A DNA stretch of 64,000 nucleotides from Minisyncoccota bacterium (GTDB lineage Bacteria; Patescibacteriota; Minisyncoccia; UBA6257; GWB1-50-10). The stretch spans positions 507 to 64,506 of the forward strand of contig JBAYJE010000004.1 in assembly GCA_041665265.1 (NCBI GenBank), written 5' to 3'. The translations under genes were made by a program, and so were the position numbers. A model generated the notes under the pieces. The model ran no database searches and was not told where the DNA came from. It saw only the letters and a program-made list of their open reading frames with translations. Position 1 is the stretch's first letter; each line of letters opens with the position of its first letter. This document shows positions 1 to 6,521 of this stretch, in pieces.

Positions 1-99
1 TCAGGAATGACTATAAATTACATATTTTAGTGTTTAATGTCAATGAAGAACTGCTCTCCTTTGAGCATCTGCTTTCTATAAATAAATGCCCCTCAAAAA

Positions 100-471
100 T
101 TAGTTCGTCACTATAATACTCCCCTTCATCGGTAAGTGAACACCACAATGATAATTTACAGTACCCACATCATTAAAAGTGAAGCTAAATGATTGTCCCG
201 GAGAAAGCATCTCCGAATTAAGAAGGTCTCCCGAGTCAGATACTATAGTATGTGGTGCAGTATCATCATTAATCCAAGTGACTTTTGTTCCAATTTTTAC
301 AGACAGTGTTGCGGGATTAAAAGTATAGTTTCTTATATTAATAACAGCACCCGACACCTCAGAAGGTTGAGTTGAGGTCCCTACTATATCTATTTTGTTT
401 CTAAAACCAAAATAATATATTCCCAAACCAACAATAATCAACAATACGAAGGGTATTATTATTTTCTTCAT
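100..471 (-). CDS. cupredoxin-family (type-1 blue copper) protein with N-terminal membrane anchor/signal
   Basis: ORF 100..498; likely start at internal MKKIIIPF. Ligand pattern ...APHT...HCGVHLPM (His, Cys-x2-His-x2-Met) matches plastocyanin/amicyanin-type copper sites. Confidence 0.55.
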   Translation of the reverse strand: MKKIIIPFVLLIIVGLGIYYFGFRNKIDIVGTSTQPSEVSGAVINIRNYTFNPATLSVKIGTKVTWINDDTAPHTIVSDSGDLLNSEMLSPGQSFSFTFNDVGTVNYHCGVHLPMKGSIIVTN

Positions 472-570
472 ATACCAATTATAACAAATAGAAGGCATTG
501 CTCTCCGAGTAAAAAGGCTTATTTTCCTTGATTCACAGCAGACTCTATTTAATCCCTATAATTGGTGGTT

Positions 571-1170
571 CTACCTAGACTCACCTTCAAAATTTTGTAC
601 CACCTCACCAAACTGCATAGTAACTGGATCAAGTTTAAGCCATAAACTCTTACCCATTGAAGGTTTAGTGGCAAGGGGCTCATTTGGCAAACGAACAGCA
701 TAATTAACAACAATAACATTTTGCCTATCCGTTCCTTTGCTTGTTTTCCCCTCATCCATTCCGGTTGTCTGTGGAGCAATACGATCACCCAAGAAGACTG
801 CCTGTGAACCAACATAACCAGTTGGGGTATTTAAGGCAGCAACAAAATAGAAGAAAGTACCACTTCCGCCGGTTTCCTGAGTCAAAATAAAAGCGACATC
901 TTCACGACCATCATTATTAAAATCGTGCTTCACTTCATTGCCAAAATAACGAGTAATAATTTTTGTCGCTGAACCAGGAGTTATTTCAATTTCAGACAAC
1001 CCATTGATAAGGGTAATATGGCGCCCCTCAATGGTGTATGTCGCGTTTTTATAATCTTTTATTAAAATTTGATTAATCACTTTTTCTTTGCTTGAATATG
1101 ATTTGAAAACAATAAAGCCGACAAACAACATCAATACAACGAGAATTATCAAGATAATATTTTTTTTCAT
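571..1170 (-). CDS. hypothetical membrane-anchored protein
   Basis: 199-aa ORF with N-terminal hydrophobic segment (IILIILVVLMLFVGFIVF); no recognisable motif. Confidence 0.4.
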   Translation of the reverse strand: MKKNIILIILVVLMLFVGFIVFKSYSSKEKVINQILIKDYKNATYTIEGRHITLINGLSEIEITPGSATKIITRYFGNEVKHDFNNDGREDVAFILTQETGGSGTFFYFVAALNTPTGYVGSQAVFLGDRIAPQTTGMDEGKTSKGTDRQNVIVVNYAVRLPNEPLATKPSMGKSLWLKLDPVTMQFGEVVQNFEGESR

Positions 1171-1244
1171 ATGTATTCATTATACCGTTTAGGGTGCCAT
1201 TAAATGTACACAAAATAAAAATCCGAGCGATGCTCGGATTGTGC

Positions 1245-1526
1245 CTATTTTTTTTGTAACTTCGCTTCTTGGTGCCGGCATAGAGCAGCGAGATAATTCC
1301 AGGTCATCATGGCCGCTTGAAATCCATCCATGCCTCGTCCGTCTTTTATTATTTTTTTCACCACAGGATTACTACTTTTTGGCGATGGCCCTCCCTCAAA
1401 AATGAGCTTCATTCCATTTACCTTGAGACGACTCCTTTTTACGTGAGGTTTTACATAATCTCGCCAGAGTGCATAAGATATTGGATCAATTTTCTTCATT
1501 TCGCGAAGACTTATTCCTTTATCCAT
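1245..1526 (-). CDS. hypothetical small protein
   Basis: 93-aa ORF, basic, no recognisable motif. Confidence 0.3.
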   Translation of the reverse strand: MDKGISLREMKKIDPISYALWRDYVKPHVKRSRLKVNGMKLIFEGGPSPKSSNPVVKKIIKDGRGMDGFQAAMMTWNYLAALCRHQEAKLQKK

Positions 1527-1630
1527 ATTTCCACCTTTCTATTAGTGTGTAAAAAACTGCCCTCACTATAAGATTTTGAGATATTGAAGTCAACTTTAAT
1601 TTTTCAAGTAAGATGGGGCTAGGGTTATTT

Positions 1631-1663
1631 TAAAAATAAAAGCCCCTGATTTGTTCAGGGGCT
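1631..1663 (-). terminator. rho-independent terminator
   Basis: Hairpin AGCCCCTGA-TTTGT-TCAGGGGCT; on the minus strand it is followed by TTTATTTTTTA. Downstream of the 1682..2242 gene. Confidence 0.6.
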
Positions 1664-1681
1664 TCAATGTCTTTAATACAA

Positions 1682-2242
1682 CTACTTCTTTTCGGATGAT
1701 TTTGTCATCACTACAAAAGAATTTGGTTCACCAAGGATTTTTTCATAACTCGGTATGGAGATAACCCAAGGTGATATTTCGCGATAATAAACCGGTTGTT
1801 GGCACTCAATGAGAGAGCCCTGAAGTTCGTACACTGAGTTCTCTAACTCAATTATCTCTTCAACGGTTTTTGCGATTGTTTCGTTGCTCTTCAAAGTGGG
1901 GAATTCCAACAATACCTCTGGTTTAATATTCCCCATAATTTTTCGCTCAAGCTTTGGATATTTTGCCAGTTCCGTTTTAACAATATTGATCAACTTGTCT
2001 CGGCGACCTTCGTAAAGCCTGATTTTGTTGAGTACCGTTTTTATTTGAGTAAGACCTTCGAGTTGATTAGTATATGAGCCCGCTGACATTGATACGAGCC
2101 AAATACCGGCAACGACAAAAGCCACGATAGAAAAAATATTACAAACGGACTGACCGTCACTGTCTTCCATCTGATACCCGCTTAATACTGTTAAGGCGAT
2201 TCCTACAACAACAAAAATTGTTACTGCAATCTTGCTAAACAT
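1682..2242 (-). CDS. hypothetical membrane protein (2 predicted TM helices)
   Basis: 186-aa ORF with two hydrophobic helices near the N-terminus. Confidence 0.4.
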   Translation of the reverse strand: MFSKIAVTIFVVVGIALTVLSGYQMEDSDGQSVCNIFSIVAFVVAGIWLVSMSAGSYTNQLEGLTQIKTVLNKIRLYEGRRDKLINIVKTELAKYPKLERKIMGNIKPEVLLEFPTLKSNETIAKTVEEIIELENSVYELQGSLIECQQPVYYREISPWVISIPSYEKILGEPNSFVVMTKSSEKK

Positions 2243-2437
2243 AATTCGTTTCTCCTTTGATGACGCGGTTTATGAAATTGGTAATAAAACTACCTAGTTT
2301 TAACTGTTTACAGTATATAACATATTATTATATTTGTCAAGTATTCTTCTTAACCGAGACAGAATCTCGGTTTCTAGCTTTGTTCTTCGGGTAGAGCGAC
2401 GTTGGGGTGGCTTTAATAGAAAACCGCTTAAAATTTC

Positions 2438-3544
2438 TTAATAACTCTTGTGTTCTCTATCTTTCAAATCTTTTTTTGCTTTATTAACAAACTTTCCGAA
2501 CTGGCGGTCCTTTTCTCTCTTCTCAAGTTCGGTCATCTCATGATACTCGGCCTCCTTTTTCAAATTCGTATAATTGAGATATTTCCCCTTATCTAACTTG
2601 CCAGATTTCAATGCGGATAACACTTCACATCCGGGCTCGCTAACATGGGCGCAATTAATATATTTACACTTCTTGGCCAGGATAGTTATCTCGTCAAATA
2701 AATCAACCACTCCCTCTTTTGCAATTGCCATCCCTACTTCCCTCATCCCTGGGTTGTCTATCACGATACTCCCACTTTTCAAAAAATACATTTCGCGACT
2801 TGTGGTAGTGTGCTTACCCCTGCCGCTATATTTGCTTATGTCTCCAATTTTTATCTTCTCTCCCTCTCCAATTAATTTGTTGATTAAAGAAGATTTTCCA
2901 ACACCAGAAGAGCCTAAAAAGCAGTAGGTCTTCCCACGCACCATATGCTTCCTAAGTTCATCCAAGCCCTCGGTGCTTACCGTGCTCGTGGTAACAATGT
3001 CGACATCCTTAAATCTTCGTTTAAGCTCGCTCAATTTAGAATTCAAATTTTCTTTGGAGATTAGGTCTACCTTATTTAATACGATGACCGGTCTGACTCC
3101 CCCATCTCTCGCAATAGCAAAATATCTTTCAAAACGATTAAGATTATAATCTCTATCAACAGACTCAATTGCATATACCACATCTATATTTGCTCCAATA
3201 ACTTGTGTTTTAGTTTTCTTGCCAGCCCTATTCTCATCCCCAAACTTTCTCTTAATTATTGTTTTTCTAGGCAATATTCCGCGAATTACTGCTTGTCCGT
3301 CATTCAATTCATCAATAACCACCCAATCCCCAATTACCGGATAATCCTCCCTCGAAGAAGCTCTGAACATTTGCTTTCCAGTTATTTTTGCCAAAAATAT
3401 CCCGTTCTGATTTATCGCTTCGTAAACACTTCTATGCTCGGTAATAATGCGAGCAACCGAAAAACTATCTAAATTCAGCTTCTTTCGATTGATTTCAAAA
3501 AAGTCATCGTAGCCGAAGTCTTCAATTTTTGGCTTAGCATTCAT
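2438..3544 (-). CDS. rsgA: ribosome small-subunit-dependent GTPase A (circularly permuted GTPase)
   Basis: G4 VLNKVDL precedes G1 GSSGVGKSSL and G3 DNPG (permuted order). C-terminal Cys/His zinc knuckle CKYINCAHVSEPGC. ORF extends to 3622; start chosen at MNAKPK before the OB-fold. Confidence 0.75.
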   Translation of the reverse strand: MNAKPKIEDFGYDDFFEINRKKLNLDSFSVARIITEHRSVYEAINQNGIFLAKITGKQMFRASSREDYPVIGDWVVIDELNDGQAVIRGILPRKTIIKRKFGDENRAGKKTKTQVIGANIDVVYAIESVDRDYNLNRFERYFAIARDGGVRPVIVLNKVDLISKENLNSKLSELKRRFKDVDIVTTSTVSTEGLDELRKHMVRGKTYCFLGSSGVGKSSLINKLIGEGEKIKIGDISKYSGRGKHTTTSREMYFLKSGSIVIDNPGMREVGMAIAKEGVVDLFDEITILAKKCKYINCAHVSEPGCEVLSALKSGKLDKGKYLNYTNLKKEAEYHEMTELEKREKDRQFGKFVNKAKKDLKDREHKSY

Positions 3545-3696
3545 TAAAGTAATTGTTACCCACTTACTATATTCATTTGAAATTTCAATGTCTAATTCAA
3601 AATATAAAAACAACCCCATCAAATTAGGTCATTTTGTTAGCTCTCTAAGTGGGGTGATGTTAGAACAATTTTAGAAAATGCTCTACCATATCCACA

Positions 3697-3930
3697 ATGA
3701 CTAAATTAGTAACGGTAAAAGAAGTTGTTTCTCATTTCTTAGCCTCTAACGAAGCCAAAGACAATACTATCGTTACTATTATTAAAAGTGCTAACCCCGA
3801 CAAACGTTTAAAAACTCTATTAAACAAATACCTCAATTTGTCTCACACTTCTCTTTTTTCCTTAGTGAAAAACAAAGGGAGGCTTCAAATGTTCAATCAG
3901 CATTCGTGGACAATAAAAAAGTTGAATTGA
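3697..3930 (+). CDS. hypothetical protein; possibly the N-terminal part of a frameshifted gene with 3906..4271
   Basis: 77-aa ORF ending in A_AAA_AAG; the downstream ORF is in the -1 frame (see findings). Confidence 0.25.
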   Translation: MTKLVTVKEVVSHFLASNEAKDNTIVTIIKSANPDKRLKTLLNKYLNLSHTSLFSLVKNKGRLQMFNQHSWTIKKLN

Positions 3931-4271
3931 AATATATTGGAACTTGGCCGGGAACTGGGGACCTGCCCGTAGAATGGTGTCAGCTATCTGTCGTGGATGC
4001 CGCGTCTATAATTCAGGAAAATAAAGATAAATGTAAAAATCTAAAAAGTGTCAAAAGAATCTTTAGTATTCAAGAAAATATAGATACGGTATTAAAATAT
4101 TTTTATCCCATTCTCATTCCTGGTGGTGATATAAGGAAAAATAGCAACTGTTTGTTTCTACCCTTTGATGCTGACGATGGCTCACATCGTTTGATTGCAG
4201 CAGCACTTTCAGGTAGAAAAAGTGTTCTGGCATATGTAGGAACTACCACCAATATCTATAGCAAAAATTAA
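3906..4271 (+). CDS. ParB/sulfiredoxin-like nuclease-domain protein (GTG start)
   Basis: Motif DGSHRLIAAALSG resembles the ParB/Srx-fold DGxHR..AA..G box; starts with GTG and overlaps the upstream ORF in the -1 frame. Confidence 0.35.
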   Translation: MDNKKVELKYIGTWPGTGDLPVEWCQLSVVDAASIIQENKDKCKNLKSVKRIFSIQENIDTVLKYFYPILIPGGDIRKNSNCLFLPFDADDGSHRLIAAALSGRKSVLAYVGTTTNIYSKN

Positions 4272-4296
4272 GGACAAAAATACCAAACGACCTGGG

Positions 4297-4482
4297 TTAG
4301 TCAGATCTTTTCTTCTTGCTCTTTATCACACCTACAATACCCGTAATAAATAATAGAAGTCCGAGTAGCTGTCCTCCAGGACTATCATCAATTTCACCAT
4401 ATACAAACATAAATGCCCCGAATGATATTACTAAAAAGGAATATAGTATTCTGTTTCTTTTCATATAAGGAATATACCACAA
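4297..4482 (-). CDS. small hydrophobic protein (2 TM)
   Basis: 61-aa ORF, mostly hydrophobic, basic C-terminus. Confidence 0.25.
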   Translation of the reverse strand: MWYIPYMKRNRILYSFLVISFGAFMFVYGEIDDSPGGQLLGLLLFITGIVGVIKSKKKRSD

Positions 4483-4584
4483 TCATTAGTAATCAACCGA
4501 AATAAATTTACTCTCCTAGTAAAGTGGTATTGGAATGGTTTTAGAAAAATAAATACCTCCGAATTCGGAGGTAAAAACTTAAAG

Positions 4585-4899
4585 TTAATCAACAATAATA
4601 TAATCTTTTTGGACTGTACTGGAATTTAACGAGAAAACCCAACCTTCATCGTTAAATTGCATTACATAGAATTTTCCCTTTTCAATTTCTTCCCACATGG
4701 CCCGATCTTTAAATCGAATAAAACCATCACCACCCGAAGCATACAAGGTACCGGCTTCCATTCCTTTTGGATTATTTTCCGTCGATATCCCTTTATCCTT
4801 CACTTGCATATTTACTACATAGAACCCTCCAGAACTCTTACATCCTTGAAAAGACACAAGAAGCCCTAAAAATATTGGCAATAATATCAGTAAACGCAT
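4585..4899 (-). CDS. putative lipoprotein
   Basis: Signal peptide MRLLILLPIFLGLLVSFQGC with lipobox-like Cys. Confidence 0.4.
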   Translation of the reverse strand: MRLLILLPIFLGLLVSFQGCKSSGGFYVVNMQVKDKGISTENNPKGMEAGTLYASGGDGFIRFKDRAMWEEIEKGKFYVMQFNDEGWVFSLNSSTVQKDYIIVD

Positions 4900-4967
4900 A
4901 ACACCTCCAAAAAGTGATTAAAAAGTAACTGAAAGTAGAATAGCATATTTATGTACTTATGTCAATT

Positions 4968-4984
4968 ACTTGCTCCCCGGGTAG
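4968..4984. repeat. 17-nt direct copy of the tRNA-Asn 3' end plus trailer (ACTTGCTCCCCGGGTAG)
   Basis: Identical to 5196..5212 (3' acceptor end of tRNA-Asn). A shorter copy GCTCCCCGGGTA lies at 5117..5128. Confidence 0.6.
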
Positions 4985-5012
4985 CCTGTCTGCCGGTAGG
5001 CAGGGATTCGCC

Positions 5013-5067
5013 TCTCCCTTCGGTCGAGACCTCATTACTTCGTAATTTCGGCCACGGTTCGAATCCT
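5013..5067. repeat. ~55-nt repeat, copy 1 (inverted relative to copy at 5941..5995)
   Basis: Reverse complement aligns with 5941..5995 at ~88% identity (AGGATTyGAAC..TGGCCGAAATTACGAAGTAATGAGG..TCGACCGAAGGrAGA); contains hairpin ATTAC-GAA-GTAAT. Confidence 0.55.
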
Positions 5068-5076
5068 ATCGGAGAT

Positions 5077-5190
5077 AAAATACCGAATGACACAAAGTCA
5101 TTCGGTATTTTCATTAGCTCCCCGGGTAAGCGGACTTGCCCGGGAGCTGCGTTCGGAAATATAAATGCGCCATAAGGCGTATTTATATTT
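5077..5190. other. cluster of three strong hairpins downstream of tRNA-Asn
   Basis: Two perfect 15-bp AT-rich stems (5077..5111, 5157..5190) flank a GC stem GCTCCCCGGG..CCCGGGAGC (5117..5148). The 5157..5190 hairpin abuts the tRNA-Asn 3' end and is a likely terminator. Confidence 0.5.
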
Positions 5191-5200
5191 CACTCACTTG

Positions 5201-5272
5201 CTCCCCGGGTAGGATTCGAACCTACGACCATCGCGTTAACAGCGCGCCGCTCTACCGCTGAGCTACCGGGGA
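5201..5272 (-). tRNA. tRNA-Asn (anticodon GTT)
   Basis: Manual cloverleaf: acceptor TCCCCGG/CCGGGGA, D-arm GCTC-AGCGGTA-GAGC, anticodon loop CTGTTAA, T-arm GTAGG-TTCGAAT-CCTAC, discriminator G; CCA not encoded. Confidence 0.8.
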
Positions 5273-5313
5273 ATGTACTCATCCATTATAAGAAAAAACG
5301 GCCCGCTGTAAAG

Positions 5314-5706
5314 TCAGCGAGCCGTTATGTATGAATCGAGAATGGCTACTAATTGGCGTACGAGAGATAATTGTAATTGACGTTCTGTAAGGTTAAGGTC
5401 GACAGAAACAACGGGTACATTCGGATGCTGTTTTTTATGTTCCTCAGCCCAATAAGGGCCAGTCACCGAAAGTGGCATTAATGCGTAGCGTGTATTTACA
5501 CATACGACATAAAAATCAATTCCTTTGATTACATCATCAAAACTCAACTTCCCCGTTTCTATAAAATCTCTAATTCTCTTTTTCTCCTTAAGATATACAA
5601 GGATGTCGCGGATTTTCTTCTGGCGTTCATCTCCTACTACACGTGAACGTGCTGATTGAAATGGAATCACATCTTTTATCTGCGTCACGATTTGCTTAAA
5701 CCGCAT
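5314..5706 (-). CDS. hypothetical protein
   Basis: 130-aa ORF between the two tRNAs; no recognisable motif and no HuH or integrase signature. Confidence 0.4.
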   Translation of the reverse strand: MRFKQIVTQIKDVIPFQSARSRVVGDERQKKIRDILVYLKEKKRIRDFIETGKLSFDDVIKGIDFYVVCVNTRYALMPLSVTGPYWAEEHKKQHPNVPVVSVDLNLTERQLQLSLVRQLVAILDSYITAR

Positions 5707-5820
5707 GCGAATACCTCCTTTCTAAGGATTCTCAATAAAACAAATGACTGTCTGCAAGCATAAAAGTATTTTTGATTTCTTGCAAGGACGCCTGAAAATG
5801 GGTATAGTAAAAATCGCTAC

Positions 5821-5892
5821 GCCCCTATAGCTCAATGGTAGAGCAGCTGCCTTTTAAGCAGTTGGTTCTAGGTTCAAATCCTAGTGGGGGCA
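5821..5892 (+). tRNA. tRNA-Lys (anticodon TTT)
   Basis: Acceptor GCCCCTA/TGGGGGC, D-arm GCTC-AATGGTA-GAGC, anticodon stem GCTGC/GCAGT with loop CTTTTAA, T-arm CTAGG-TTCAAAT-CCTAG, discriminator A; followed by an imperfect hairpin plus T-run. Confidence 0.8.
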
Positions 5893-5940
5893 CAAAACGA
5901 AAAACATAGATACTTGTTATCTGTGTTTTTTGTTTTTATC

Positions 5941-5995
5941 AGGATTTGAACATTGGCCGAAATTACGAAGTAATGAGGCTTCGACCGAAGGAAGA
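5941..5995. repeat. ~55-nt repeat, copy 2
   Basis: See 5013..5067; lies ~50 nt downstream of tRNA-Lys in the same orientation relative to that tRNA as copy 1 has to tRNA-Asn. Confidence 0.55.
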
Positions 5996-6065
5996 ACGTC
6001 GAGAGGTAAATCCTATCTTCTTTTATCTCTTAATCGAAAGGGGAAACAATTCCATCTCATCTTCC

Positions 6066-6509
6066 TTATTTTTTCGTGCACTCAGTGACATCTTTTTCCC
6101 CTTCGATAAAACGAAATACGTCTTGATGTTCCCAAAATGAAAATGCGCCATCTTTTGTTGAAAATTTTGCGCCGCTCGCAGAGATAGCCGAAATCATTTC
6201 ATGATTTGTTATTATTCTTTCTCTTACTATAGTAAGAGAAAGTTTTTGTAGAATGCCTCCTGCATTGGGACTATAATAAGTAGCAGAAGCTACGCTTCCG
6301 TCCTTGCACACAAGACTAACCGTGGTCACTTTCGCCCTAGGAAGAATATCTCCGTTATCTATGAAATTAAAACGAATAAACCCTGCGATAGCGACAACAA
6401 GAATAAGACTGATAATTATGCCAAAATCGATGTGTGTTATATTCTTCATGTATGCTAAGAATATCATAAACCCCACCAAATGGTGGGGTTTATTACTCAA
6501 AACAATCAC
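6066..6509 (-). CDS. hypothetical membrane-anchored protein
   Basis: 147-aa ORF with one TM helix (IIISLILVVAIAGFI). Confidence 0.35.
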   Translation of the reverse strand: MIVLSNKPHHLVGFMIFLAYMKNITHIDFGIIISLILVVAIAGFIRFNFIDNGDILPRAKVTTVSLVCKDGSVASATYYSPNAGGILQKLSLTIVRERIITNHEMISAISASGAKFSTKDGAFSFWEHQDVFRFIEGEKDVTECTKK

Positions 6510-6521
6510 TTGTTTACTACT

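Noticed and set aside
4985-5100. T-loop-like GGTTCGAATCC motif suggesting an additional tRNA, or a tRNA with an intron
   Set aside because: I could not assemble acceptor, D and anticodon arms on either strand. Treated as part of the 55-nt repeat rather than a tRNA.
4951-5175. 74-aa ORF on the plus strand across the tRNA-Asn downstream region
   Set aside because: It lies entirely over hairpins and repeat copies in GC-rich non-coding-looking DNA, with no motif; most likely a chance ORF.
5946-6140. 64-aa ORF overlapping repeat copy 2
   Set aside because: No coding signal; it overlaps the repeat and the downstream gene's 3' end on the opposite strand.
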